From: Phoronis australis
Lineage: Eukaryota > Animalia > Phoronida
Length of the DNA: 64,000 nucleotides
NCBI GenBank assembly: GCA_002633005.1
Contig: NMRA01000622.1
Location: forward strand, 30,344-94,343
Direction of reading: 5' to 3'
Within the stretch, counting starts at the first letter, position 1. Every line of letters starts with the position of its first letter. The notes beneath the pieces are model-generated. The model ran no database searches. It saw nothing but the letters and a program-made list of their open reading frames with translations, and was not told where the DNA came from. Shown here piece after piece: positions 12,701 to 27,700 of the stretch. The position numbers and the translations under genes were made by a program.

Positions 12701-15700
12701 AAGTAAATGCTTCAGCAGGGGACACTCAACTCATGAGACACGGAGTCCAACAGTGGCTCAGACCCACTGCCCTTGAGTGAAATGATTGACCTGGGGTCAC
12801 ACAACTCATGAGACAGGAGTATAATCGAACCTTAGATTCACTGTCCTTAAGTGAAGTGTTTGAGCTGGGGACACTCATCTCGGCTGAACTCTCATGCTCT
12901 GCTAGTTCTGGGTTCTCTGACTCTAACTCCAACTCATCCAGGCGGTGTGACTTGTCAAACCGTGTCCAGAAAGTGGTACGGACCAGCTACAAAAGCGATA
13001 CAATGCAGTATAACATGTAAAATACATGACAATGCAATGCAACATGACAACACAATACACCCCAATAGGACAATACAACATTCAATGAATCACCTTGAAA
13101 AAACCTGGTTTTTAAGACCAGCGCCTACGATGCACTCTTTTGTCAGTAGAGCTGATGATTCTGTAGCGGTAAAAAGTGGCAAATGAACCAGCAAAACGTT
13201 ACAATTATTTGATGAGAAAGATTAGTGTCTTTTCGCAGCTTAGTGTAAAAAAATCAACTACTAGCAATAGGAGTTGTCATACGGCATTGTGTGTACTTGT
13301 TATCTTCAGCTTCGGTGTAACTTTGCCACACTCGAGCTTTCATATTTTTCATCATAAAAGCACACACACGCACGCACGCACGCACACACACACACGCACC
13401 CATACACACACAGAGGCAGATAGTTGGACTGTGCTTCATTTCAAAACATAAGAGTATCACCGTTACTAATCGGAGACTGCTTTGAAATTTCTAGTTGTCA
13501 GGTAGACATTGAAAAGGTACACAGTACACAATGCTGTAGCCACCACTTTAGTTGCCTCCACATCAATTTTCCTTCTCTCAGCCATTGCCAATTTTCCCTT
13601 AAGTAAATTATTGCGGTAATATGCCCCTTTCTTGCATCCCAGAGAAGACAAACAGTGCCCCGGTTATAGCAGCTGATCCTAATTGCAGGTCAGCACAAGG
13701 CAGTCACAGACATCCGTATGTTCCTGCTGAAGGCACCGTAGTCGGCTCGGGCTCTGCATTTCTTTATGTGTATGAGTGAAAATCAAGAACAGGCCAACAT
13801 TCAGGAAAACACAAGTTGAATCGCAGTGCCGATCACGTGTTTATGGGACTAAGTTTTGAATCTCAGAAAAATGAAGATGCACACAAAATATTCTGCATGG
13901 ATGCACAAATGACCTCATGGATAAACAAAATACAATATAAGAGACAAGGAAGCTTACCATGTAGGCAGGCAGTGGCTCGGTCAACAGACTGACAGTTACC
14001 ATGACGATAAGTGTGAGAAAGAAGAGGAGCATGGCGAAGTACATGTAGTGAAAGTTGCGCACAACAGGGGGACGCATATCTGGCTCTCCACAGACAGGTT
14101 CACGGTAGATAAAGTCTAGCACCATACGAATGAGTCCAACGACTAGACCAACCATCAGGCCACAGAATGCTCCCTGGGAATGATGAGATAATTATTACTG
14201 AAACTGTTATGATTATTTCCATAATTAATGTGTTGAAATTCAGTTATTGTATGCTTACAGTTCATTTTTTAGAAAAGTTTATCATATGCAAACATTAAAC
14301 TAGAAAACGTAAAGGAAAGGGTTAGTGGTAGAAACTTGTAACATTTGCATGATTTGTTCTTTGTATTCATTTATGATGTTCATTTTGTGCTAAGTGATGT
14401 TGCTGTTTTCACAACTATCTCTTATTGCATGCAAACATGTCATATGAAGTGACTGAATCTTCCATTGTAGTCATTTACATTTAAATCTGAACTTAAACCA
14501 GCATTAGTGGCCTTTTGTATGTTTATCATAATAAAATTACATATTATTTGAACAAAAATTACTCTTTTGTTTTCTTTTGGCTACTAATATATGAACCCGT
14601 TTCAGTTGCTGGAAACTTCATTCCATTGTACATTCACCGGTGCAATCTGTTTTGAAACCAAATGGTATGCTGCATAGGTGGACTTGGAGGGGAAGAAGGT
14701 CAAGGCCTCCCGTCCGCACACGATAAAAATCAGCACAGACAGGTTGTTTGCAGTTGCTCAAATCTTTATCCAATTGTGACCAATTCTATTACTGATTCAA
14801 GAATCACGAACTATTGTTACATATAATTTATCTGTACATTCACCAACACAATCTGCTTTGAAACCAAGTACAGGGACAGATCCAGGATTTTTTAAAAGGG
14901 GGTTGGATTACAGATTTTCTAAAAAGGGAGTCCAAGTCAACAATTTGAATATTCGAGATGTGATATCACTAAAATCAAGGGAAAAAGGGGGTTAGGACTC
15001 CCTTGACCTCACCTGAATTCGCCTACCAAATGGTATGCTGCAAAGGTGGATCTGGGGGGGGGGGACAAGGGTGCCCACACCTCCCTTCCGCATACAATAA
15101 AAAACAGTGCTGACATGTCATTTTCAGGGCTCTCACAAGGGTTTGTCCTTCGAAAATTGACGTCACCCCCTCACAAGGCTGTCATGAAGGTTTGTCCCTT
15201 GCAAACTGAGGTCGGGGGCTCCCATCATTTTGACATATCCTACGGATCCATCTAAGGGACCCAATAATAAATGTGATACCTTCAAACACAGCATAAATTA
15301 AAGAACAGCAATATACAGTATTAGTACAACCTTAACCTAGCTGCATCTCATGAAGACGTTTGCTTTCTGTGCAATAATTTGAGAATTCAAATATTTTAGC
15401 AAAATACATGACTGACTGCTTGTTGCAAAACAAATGGGAATGAGCATTTTACATTCCAAGCCAAACTGTCCTCATTAGAGATTGCAAATCATACTACAAA
15501 TCATGAAACAATAAGTGACTGCTGTTTACACTTTTCTGGCCGCCAACCCGTTTTCAACACCTCGCTGGACACAGTTTTTTCCAGAAAATTCTTCAAAAAC
15601 TGCATTTGTGATATCCAGGTCACACTGTTCCTGACCTCTGCTATGAGCAAAAAAGAGAACTGAATTATACTCTCCATAGATTTGAACTGATAACTAATTT

Positions 15701-18700
15701 GTGCCTCATTGTCCAGCTCATTAGAAGATAACTGACTTTCAGGGTATTACTTTCTCAGGTCAAGAGGTCATTCAGAACTTTTGCTATTGCGGTGAAACAA
15801 TTAACTTGTTTACTATCAAAGGTGGAGCATTGTCATAATTTCTGGTAAATAACCTCACCAAGAACCATGTGATTTTAGTCAGATTTTCTACAAAATTCCA
15901 GAATTGTAATAAGAAAGGTAAATATTTTGTGAAAGTAGAAAATCAGTGGAGTTTAATTTCCTACTGAACACAAACCTGTCTTCACATGACCATGTTTTCT
16001 TTTACTAAAATTTAGCAAAGAAACAATGTTTAAGGAAAATAAAGCATTATCAGCATGGCCAAATTTCATTTCAGATAAATATTTATGAACAAATCAGTTT
16101 TCCAAAATGTCCTTTTTTACTTTGTTCAACTTTTGATGAAAATCAATATTTTCATAAAAATCATTCAACTCTCAATTTTTGATGGTTTATTATTAAAAAC
16201 AAGCCCATTTAAAAATCAGTCTGGAGAACAACGTTGATAGCATACAGTGCCCGTTTCATTTAAGTCTGGTTAGCTGTTTTTGAGATATGTTGGCAAAATT
16301 TCGAAATTTTCATCACTCATAACCATAAAACTGGACATCAACTTTTAACTTGAACAGGTAAAGGTCAGCATGACCAGCTAAACCATTAATGGACAGGCAA
16401 ATGGAGATTTAAAATTTCCCGCTTAAAAATCAAAATGATGTGACATTCAATTGCCAATCACGAAAGAAAGACAAAAGGTTGTTAGTTTTTTAGACATTCT
16501 ATTTAAAACACACTTGTTGTGCAAAAGGGAGGATAACGTACTAGGTTAACTTTATACATAACAGTCAGAGAAAAACTTTCAAAATCACTGTGAAGATAAG
16601 ATGATAATGCAATAAAAATGTAACACTGACTGAAGTCCCTTCTTAAAACGAAAGCAGAAAACTAACAAATATTCGAAAGTTGCATAAACTGTCTAACCTG
16701 TCCATTTAAGACATATGGAAATTTCAAGCCTGAAAAGCTTTTGAACAAAACTAAAAAATTCCACTTGACGCAGTTAAAAATTAATTTGACCAACATCTAG
16801 TCTGGCTATGTGTGACTCACCTTTTCATTGCCTCTCTTCCACAATATTGCGACAATGTAGACAGCAGCAATGGGTGGAGCTAAGTAAGCACTGATAGCTT
16901 GGATATAGAGGAACAACTGACCTCCCTGCATCTCCTGAATCAGAGGGATCCACGCTATCCCTATAGCAACCATCACCAGCACAAACGCTCTGTGGAAAAC
17001 ATGCAGGCAGGTATTTGATAGTTGGTAAACATTGTGCAAAAGTTTGCACACTGTAGAGCCATCTCCTGCATTGGGTGGGGGGAGGTTATGAACATGACAA
17101 TTTGACTTAAAAATGAGATCACGTGACAATAATAAAGACNAAATCCATCTGAAAACAGCAGGATAGCGTCATCTCACTATTAGGTGCCTACAAACCAAAT
17201 TTCATGAAAATCCGTTCAGGACTTTTGAAGATACAAAGGTAAGCGTAAAAAAATAAAATTGCCACTAGGGGGCACACCGGTAGTCGGATCCGTCCGAAGC
17301 TTCGCACATGCCGTCCCATTCATGAATGGAATATATGTGCCAAATTTCATGAACGTATGTCAAAGGGTTTTGGAGATAGAGCAGCGGACGCCGGACGCCA
17401 GACGCACGCCGCCCGGACAGACGGACGGATGGACGGACAGAGATGACGGCATAATGCGTCCACATATAAATATGTGGGCACATAAAAAATGGTTGACAAA
17501 GCATCATTTTTCCGATGTTTGACTTGAAATTGAGGTCATTTATTTAGATCCTAGATAACCTTTTCGACAGACTGTGCATCGTAGAGCTGTCGCTAAACAT
17601 ATTTGGTCAAAGTATACTTTCCCTATAATATTTGACTACGTCCCCGCAATTTAAAAGTCAAATTTGGATAACTAAGTGGCATTTTCCAGTAATTATTGTA
17701 TAATGTAATGTCTCGTGATTAGTCACAGCAGGTGCGCAAGAATTTTGTTCTTGCTGAAAACATAATTTTCTCTTGACTGGGATGGCCTTTTCGCAGCAGA
17801 CGACAGGACTCAACAATCACTACTATGTGTCTTATGCGCATGCCGTTTCATAAAGAAACGTCAAGATGACACTGGTTGTTCAAGATGCCGGAATACTAAG
17901 ATTTTTTGAAGGATAATAGATTGACAATAACATAAACCAACATGATAATGAACTGGTGGAATCTGATCTTAAATCTTTGGTTGTACCTTGATCGATGGTT
18001 GTACTTAAAACGATATACCGGTAAAGTTTCGATTAACCAGAAAAGGAAAATGTAACACTTAATATTAAGTTTGTGGAAACCATGCGATAAGCGGAATTAA
18101 ACTTTCAAAAATATTCAATTTCCGTACAAAAGAATCGAACAGAGATCAGATTCTTTGAATTTACGACTAATTCTGGTCTTGACAATAGAAGAGTAAAATT
18201 TGTCATTCAAAAATGGTAGTACGTAGTACAAAAGACATCAGAAATGCCTTTTGCTTGTTCTGCGTTCAGCTTCAACCATAGTTTGCCTTTGCCATTCCCC
18301 GATTTCCTAGTTTTCTGGAAATGCATTACTGCCGGGTTACTTCCGGCAGAGGATGTATGGCGACATTTTACAACAACTTTTGTGAATTGAAATTGAAATT
18401 ACCAATCAGTATTTTGCACTGGACAAGTCTTGAAAACAAAAAAACTAGTGGACACTATCGAGAGCTTGAGAAGATCAACATTCTGTAGAGAAATCTCCTA
18501 AATGAAAGTCGCATATACTCTGTGCATAGAATGGACAGTGTCAAAATTGGATTGAATCTCTAATAAGCACATGCCTATTGACCCAAATAGGTCCATCCAG
18601 CTCTCACATTGCTACTTGTAACTGGAAGGCTTGATTTAGAGACCTTGCGGGTGGCCAATTTAATTTGATTGACAATCTGGTAAAATTCCCAGGCCACCAC

Positions 18701-21700
18701 AAAGTTGCCATGCACACATTTGAGCATGCACTCAAAATACTACACAGAAGACACAAACACACAGAAGTAGAAATCCTTCAGCTGCAATGAAAGGGTCCAT
18801 GTACGAGTCATGCATAGCTGAAGAGTGGCAATTGTGTCTGTCTGCCTCTGTGCACCCAGGCTACTGGACCCTAGAAGGGGAAATTATTGGTTGTCACCGA
18901 GGATGTGGACACTACTAATTTCATATCCAACAATAAAAAACTGACTGATGGATTTGGGGTGCCCCAATGGACATTTACTGAGTTTGCCGAGTTTCTGCTT
19001 CTGAGTAGTTTTACGATGTAAGAATCTTATTAAGGAAGCTAGTGTGACCGCATGCTTCACTTGTTATATAAGTTGATATCTTGCAGTCTTGCATGTTTCT
19101 GTATTTTTGCGAACTTTTCACCCCTACATAATAAAGAAACACCAGGTATCTCGTTCACTCCATTTCCAGCATTCAGTTCTTGTTTGGCAGCCTGAGAATT
19201 TAGCCAGGTCACATTTGGCGAGTTAAGTAACATATAATGTGCTAAGCCTAAAGCACAGCTGGGTAATCAGAATTTGAGTTCTGTAGATATTTTAAATCGA
19301 AATTTTCAAGGTTGCTCAAGACCTCTCTTAATTCTAACTTTGATGCTCTGTAGGAATGTGACAGCCGTGCAATACCCGACTCACACCCATGAGGTCATAC
19401 CGATAATATACAACTGCGTAGGCGGGACTGAAATAGGCTTCACCATGTATAATTTCTTACGAGTTCCTTCAAATTAACTGATAATTACTGCAAAACTGCT
19501 TTCCGTTATCCATTTTCCTACGATTTTCTGAAACTTCTGACAACGGATGGGCAGTCTAATCATTGAGAAGAAAAAGAGCGATTTTGTTCAAATAAATGGT
19601 CTTATTACAATTATCTTATTGTTGACATTCCAATGGGAACACGACACTGACCTGCCAACAACCATGAGTTCCCTGACCTTGGCGGACGTGCGTATCCTCT
19701 TGTAAATATCCATAGTGAAGAGTGTACTGGCGCTGTTGAAGATAGATGTCAAGTCACTCATAAGTGCTGCCAACATCACAGCCATCATGACGCCACGCAG
19801 ACCTGAGGAATGGCAATTAGAGACATTAATTAGAGGATGGTCATTATCATTCATTTGGCTGTATGATTTGCACATCAGCAGACACTGGGGTTAAGGGACG
19901 GGGGATGGGGGGTCAGGCAGGGTCATGCTATATAGTTCTGTAATTTACCAAGCTCTATGAAGTATTTTATAATACATTGTTATTCACAAATTTAAGGAAG
20001 ACTGTTTTGTTCAGATAGTAGTCAGTTTTACTGAGATTCTGCAACAGTTGCATTTTCATTACCTTGATTTTATTTACTTTTAACACCTGAGGCAATCAGT
20101 TTTAGCTGCCAATAAGGGGCATGCAGGTTAGTTTATGTCTCAATGATCAATTTATTAAGTTGACAACTGTTATCAACATATTTGGGCATAACTAGTACAA
20201 AAAACTTCTAAGCATTATAACATTTAGTTTATTTATTACGTAAAGCCTGATCAGCAAACAGCTTTCAATGCAACAACTGATAAACAAGGTAAAAGACACT
20301 TGATCCTTTAACAACAAGTGATCTTCAACAACAAAACTGACGTCAGTTTTCAAGTTAGAACAAGCCTGTTAATCATTTTCATATTATGTGTATTACGTGA
20401 TTGTTGGTGCTTGAGAACAAATGTATAATATTCCACTCAGCCTCAACGAAGAGTCCAATAGCATTCTGTTGAGATTTTTAGCTCAGCTAGGCAACATTGT
20501 GCCCACATTCATTTTGCTCACTCACAGTTGAGCAGGATAACACAATTTGCTCAGACTCACACCTGAGCAGGATAACATTGTGCCCAGAGTCAAAGCTGAG
20601 CAGGTTACTATGCTGCTCAGACTAGCCAAGAAGGATAATTCACAGCTGACCTGTTGAACATTTTCTCAGACTCACAGCTAAGCAGGATAAGTTCTACTCA
20701 TACTCACAGATGAGTTGAACACCACTCTGCTCTGACTCACAGCTGAGCTGCAACCAGATTCCAATGAATCATGATGTGATCCCCATTCAACGGTGTGGTC
20801 AGACTACTCAGTTAATAGGTACTCTACTGTAGGGTGGTGTACACACGTCAAGTCACCTCACTGTGTTGCTTAGGCAGGTTACAACATATAAGTTGGGATA
20901 TACAGCCCAATTGTAATGTGCCTTATTTCTCTTTTTCAGCTGTTGTAGTTCACTGGTTTCTGCCAAATTCAAACAAAGAAAAAGCTCAAATTTCCATAGA
21001 AATTTATCTTATAGCCCTTGGTGTCTAAATTTGCTCAGGAAAAAAGTTAGAAGTAAGCATGGGCTATAATTGCTGATGTAGCCAGACTATTGATAAATCC
21101 CCAAACAAAAGAAGTCCTTTATGAATTAGTCAAGGTGCTGTGGTACCTGGCTATTGTAATCCCAACCTGTAAGAACCATTCATAGTTGATGGTTGGGAAA
21201 TAACCTAGGGCATAATGATACCCAGTGCAACTCAGACACCTACTTAACACCAAAAACACTAAATGATCAACCATGAAATGTACCGTAAGTGGATTGTGGA
21301 AGAGTCCAAGAGTGTGTTGATGGTTTTGACCAGTTCCGACTGTCAGTATATAGCTTCTCCCACAGCAAGACTCGTGCACTGCCTCCAAGCTGCAACACAT
21401 GGACTGGGTTCACTGAGACTAAATGGTACGGGATCGGGTTGGGAAAAGGGGCTTTCTGTCTTTGGTAGCCACCATTTTTTCAAACAATATGAGATGTCGA
21501 AAAACCCCTTGGACGCATAAATCTCTGCTCTCGGGAGATTAACGAAGTGACTCTAGAGTGGGAAACCTCTCTAATTCAATCGTCCCCTTTGGGAGGTCAG
21601 GAGTACGTGTATATTGACTTGACCTCTTTGGGTCCAATCTGATACCACTTTTGTCTCTGGCCAGGACACACGGGAACCCTTAAGGACTAACATCCTGGTT

Positions 21701-24700
21701 TTTGAGTCTAATTGTCTTAAGCCAGTTATGGCTAGTGGTAGAAAACACAGAACTTTGCATCAAAAAATCTTGGGCAAACCCTGGTGCACAAGAGTAGCAT
21801 CAGTGGCACTATCTGACAAGCCTCATTGCACAGTTGGCCCTGGGATGAAGCGACGCTTGGGCACTCGAAGGTAGACATACCAAAGCTAGGAAATCCATTT
21901 GTAGCAGAAGCTCATTCACCAGGGGTCATATGCTCGCTTGGAGGAACCAATGTAGAGAGCTGTTAAAACCATTGTCAGACCCTATGGTCTGCGAATGCTG
22001 GAAAGCCTTTGACTGGACCTTGGTTGCCACAGTTTTGAGAGAAGGAAAGTGGTTGCAGACCTGAATCGTAACCTATACTTCTTATATGGATCCACAAAAA
22101 ACCAATAACCAACCCTAGTCAGGGTTCAAGTGACCAGTGCATTGCAGGGCAGTTGAATGTGGTCTTTGCAGCCACGGACATCCGCCTCAAGAATCCACCC
22201 TTACTAGTAGTTTCTATAAAGCAAGAGGAAGCACCCCTACTGAGGAAGCTTGGTATGAGAAATAGCTGGACTCTTCTATAGGAGTGGACCGTGAAATTAC
22301 CAAGCTCCTGAAAGTGCAAGGAGGCTGCTAGCTCGAATCCCAAACCTGCCCGGACACTCCCCAATGAGCAAATGGTGGTGGAAAGGCTGACAACTGTAGA
22401 AGCTCTCACCATCTCGCTGCTGCTAAGCAGATGATAACTGGGAGTGGGCTCATCAGATGGCTCAGAAGCTTGAAAATCCAGAAATCGATGTTCAGCAGGT
22501 TGTTAAGCACGCTAAAGTTATCAACAAACTAAATCCGCTGCAACGACTAGCTTGTTATTTGTATGTTACCTCTGCATTTCCAGGAATGCCTTCTCCAGCC
22601 CTAGCATTATGTTAACCAGTCTACCACCGCAGACTGTAAAATTTGTGTACACCTTGAGGGCCAAGCTGCATGTGCCAACCATTTGCATTGGAAAAGTTAA
22701 TGAAGACAGTTGATCGGTGCTATAATTTTTCATCAATGCTCTTCATGAAGACAAATCATTAGTAGAGCATGGTATGTATTGAGGCAGGTGTCAAAAACAA
22801 ATCCGACACTACGAGGTGCTACACTAGAAAGAATTGCCCAAAACTGCAGCCTTATAGCTGCTTCCCTCGATCACATATACCGAGGCACTAGGAAAAAATT
22901 AAAATGACCACAAGGGGATACCTACTAAGTAGATCAGTTGGAAAATTAATTAAAGTCATATGGTACTGTCCTCAATAGGAGCACATCTGAAAACTTCCAA
23001 GTGGTTTATCAAACAGAGAAACTACAAAATGACAGAGCAGCCATTAAAATTTGACGAATGTAGCCATCTCCTCACATATAATTTTTTGCCAACCATGAAC
23101 ATCGACAGAGGAACTCCTTGAGGTCATATACAAAGAAAACCTTCATCGCCACTGTCATCCACTCATTGTTGATCAGTTGGATAAAAACTTGTGACCTGTA
23201 TTATATTTCTGTTTGAGGGTAAAAAAGCAAGGAAAGGTTCCCTTCATATTGACACATGGTGGAAATGTGAAGTTGTCATCGATTCATTTTTTTAAAATTT
23301 GTATTTAACCAAAATACATTAGTCAATTGGTTATGAACCACGGTGTCACAAGTTATTTTGCAGTCATTGAGGAATCACTTTAATAGCGGGTTGAAATTAT
23401 GGACAGCTAAAAACAAGTTACTTGATCACATGTAAAGTACTACACGAGGGTTAACAATATCTTCAATGATGATGTGCGTGAAAGTATTGTGTTTTTAAAT
23501 ATACATTTGTATTTCTGATATATCACACTGTCTTGCTAATTGCTTTTGTTCTGATTGTTTCTACTATGTAATTACCGACATTCATCAAGACTTGCATTCG
23601 TGTTTAAAATTTATGAGAATACGTTTGACTCGATATGGAAAATATTTCCAATTATACGAACACAAACAGTGACATGTTAAGCGAACAACAGCAAATCCCA
23701 ATATTCAGTTTGTGATAAAGTGTTTTGACTACACACACAAAAGACAAATAAATTCTGATGAGACCCTGCCTGACTGGCCAAAAGAGGGGGCTCTTGGCTT
23801 AAACAGCAATTCAGGAAATAGAAAGCATAGTGCAGTTAGTGAGAATCAAGAGACAGCATCCTGGTGGAAATGAAGAGCATGTGGGGTGAGAAAACCATAC
23901 CGAATATCGGACTGGTTTTTAAGGGAGGTGAAGAATAATTGGCCCTAATACTGACAGGCTGCAGTTCCAACAAAATATCTCTTTATTAACTTCTGATATC
24001 AGTTTTGAAGTCATGTTCACTACAGAACAAAGTGACATGTCTGATTGGACAATGTGATAATAGGGATGCATAGAATTGTGAGGTGGCACGGACAGAGTGT
24101 CTAGCAACATCTTCATGTCCTGAAGGGATTCATGAAATGATAATTAATAGTTAGCCACCAGCAGTGTCTCTTCATTCAAACTGGTGCAGCAGGGATCAGG
24201 TATTCAAGGAAACATAGAAGCCGTTCGTGTACAATTAATGGTAATTAAAAATGCCTCATCAGCAGTAATGTCACAAGTAAAATGAAGAGAGAATGGCACT
24301 AGAATTTGCAAAAACAATTTATAAACAACAAGGTAATGAACTTAGTGTTGTTCAGCAACAATTGGTACAAACTAAGAAGTTAGAGGAAGGCAAAAGATTA
24401 CAATTGGCACAAGGAAAGAAGTTCTGGGAAATGAAGATAACAATTGTTCATGTGGGGCCATTAATGCACTTGACGTAAAAATTAAAAGGTTGCGTTAAAC
24501 AAAATCCACTTCACAGCAAACAGTTTCATTCTGGTCATGTCATGATTCCTAATGAAGTGACTATAGAAATCATTTTCACTGGCAGGTAAGGACATAGCAA
24601 GTTGTGTAGGAGTTAAAATGACAAGATTGAATAGAACAGAGAAACTGCCGTGTGAAAAGTGATTTCGTTTGTCACCATGATGAAGGAAACCAACTGTTAT

Positions 24701-27700
24701 TAGAGGATGCCGGGCGATTAGCTGATAATTATATTTTCCACGTGATCAATATTTCCTCTCTGAGGTAGACAGAGAATGCGTGCTTTAAGAACCTGTAATA
24801 TACAAATGTCTAGAGAGTGTGACTGTACAAGACTCATTCTGAAAACAAGATAAGCCTACGGCATCTTGAAAAACATTGCACACAAATGGTGCAGTACTGA
24901 AACAAGGACAGAGTCATGCCATATTTTTACTCAAGAACCCCAATTGTTTGACAAGCCAAGAGAGTAATGCTTCATTACATGACAGTTCTACACGGTGCTG
25001 CATTAGTCAAGTCAGCCTGCAATTAACTGGGACCAGTGCAATGCCATCACATACCACCTGCATCAAAGTTTCAGACTGAAATCCGTCAATTACATTTCTA
25101 GATAAGATACAAAATGCTTTCTTCCAAAAAATACATTAAATAGCCACTAGGAGGTGCTGCAGGTGAATTCACCCAAAATTGAACTGCCATCACATATCCA
25201 TATGTTAAGTTTCATAATTGTACACTCTTTTGCTGTCAAATCAGTAATAATACTGAAAAACCCCACACCTGGCGGGCACCGCTCTTAGGTGAATGCTTCT
25301 CATAATAACGGTCATTAGATGGAGCAGAACATGTCGAACATGTCCGAAAATGAGATGGCGTCGACAGCTCCTGAAAAGGAAACTATCTACTTGATACTTT
25401 CATGAAAATTTGCCAAATGATTAAAGAGTGTAATGTAGAAACATGAAATTGCCATCTTGAGGCAAAGTGGTAGCCTGATTTATACTTCTGTTGTCAAATT
25501 AACAGGTATACACTAACCAAACTTACAAAACATCTTGCATAAGCATGGTCACAACACAGAAGCAAAAATGTCCCTAGAGGAAACCAGTATTTGGATCCAT
25601 CTGACAATAAACCACAATGGTGCTCTCCTCAAAAGGAATACATCTACAAATTTTCCTGACAATCTTCTACGCGGATTGGCGTAATACTATACACTACAGA
25701 CAACTCAAAAATAATAAAAGTGGCACAGAATACTGTACCAAAATGGAAAGCTGTTCTTATATTGATAATAGAAAATTGTTTTCCAATTTTTATTGAAAGT
25801 CAAGGAACTCCAAACACACAGAGGCAAAGTTAAACATAAAGACTAGAATTGTCACTAACAGGGCACAGAGCTGTGTAAAATTTGTAGGCAGCCTTTATTA
25901 CATTTATAGTATAAGAAATGCAAATTTTCACAAAGATCCTGCAAAAGATTAAGGTGATACAGCCGTGGATGCAAAAATGACGATATCATCATTATGTGCA
26001 CCAAAGATGTCAAATCTGTCCAAAATGCCCTAGCCAGGGTCTCCTGATCAGGACCACATAAAAGTTTTTAAAAGACTGAGCTGTTTAGCAGATAAGGGGG
26101 TGGACACCAAAAATAAAATATAATTAGAAAATGGTATTTAAGTGGCCATCAAAAATGGAACACCATTGCCATATCCTCAATACAAACCTATTTGCCAAAA
26201 TTTTCAGGAATTCATGAAATCAAGGCAGTCCAAAGATACAGAAGCAATTAAGTTAATATAAAAATCCTAAAATTGCCCCTAGGGGGCACAGCAGTACAAT
26301 AGTCCGATTGGTCTGAAACAAGCCATCACTTGTCACCAGGAACAATCAAATTTCCCAAAGATTCCATAAAGGGTGAAGGAGATACAGCTTTAGGAACAAA
26401 AAAAAAAACAAATTAAATTGCCACTAGGGGATGCCAAAGTACTAAAACCTGTCCACAAACAACATTAACAGCAGTCATCTCATCAGAAACACGTCTGCCA
26501 ATTTTCACAAAGATCAATCGAGTTACGTGTCGGATAGAAGCCACATAAAAAATTGACTTGAACATTTCAAGAATGCCCACTAGGAAAATTACAGCAGCAG
26601 ACGCTGGACGCCCAGACAAAGATGACAGCAATATGCACCCACACTATGTAGGAGCATAACAGTAGAGCAATTTGTGGCTAGCTCTTGGTTATCCACAGCA
26701 GTGTACTCGAATTTAGAAGTCAATTAACAGGCACATCAGATCAAAATATAGTAAGTGATTTCAGAGAGGTTATGATACTAAAGGAAACAATTTGCTTACA
26801 ATTACAACACTTAAGTTAGATGTTTAAGTTTATTGCATTCTATAAAGACCAATACTTAGTAATTCAAGTCTCAAAATAAGCAAGTCACGAGATTTAAATC
26901 ACTGCCTTGTTTAAAGAACTTTAAGGTAATTTATGCAATTTATATAAATTACGCAAAATTAATGCTTTTAGGTGAAGCATAGTATCTAAACATAATAGCA
27001 AACATTAAAACAATTTTAATTGTTGATCTGCACTTCAAAAGGTCAATAATTTTAAAAATATTTTAGTTTCAGTTAACTAAAAAGGAGTATTAAAGGCTCA
27101 ACATTTGTAATATTTTATAACCATATTACAAGAAAGATATTTTTAATTTAAGGTGACTTTATAAAGAAGTGTAATAGAAGTTCAACATTTTAAAACCCGT
27201 ACGTGGTGATTTAAGTCTCACAAGTACGTAGAATAAGAAAACTCTTTACCAGTTGACAAATCTGCAGTCAAACTGCAGAATGTTGATATTGCGCTACTAA
27301 CAGCAAATTGCTTGAATACTTGTTTGAAAGTCTGGCCAAAATTCCTTGAGAAATACTGAGGGAATTTCTCAAAGAAGCCCACTTCCCTACATGGAAGTGT
27401 GAAAACCCAAAACGGACCAAAATCCAAGAAAATACGGGTGAATCCCAAAATGCAAATAATATATGCTTAAGGGCACTTTGTAAGGTCATTTTTTGAAAAG
27501 TTTGATTTAAACTCCTTGAGAAATGCAGGAGTCGGTCATAGAATAGTCACTATTCTTTATGAGGACACAAAGACACAATGATGGACATACAGACGGACGC
27601 GTACTATTATCATATCCCCTTTGGTGGGGGATAAATTACATCGAAATAGCTGTTGATGTTTACGTTGACAAGCCAATAGCAACAGGCACAAGAAAAACGT

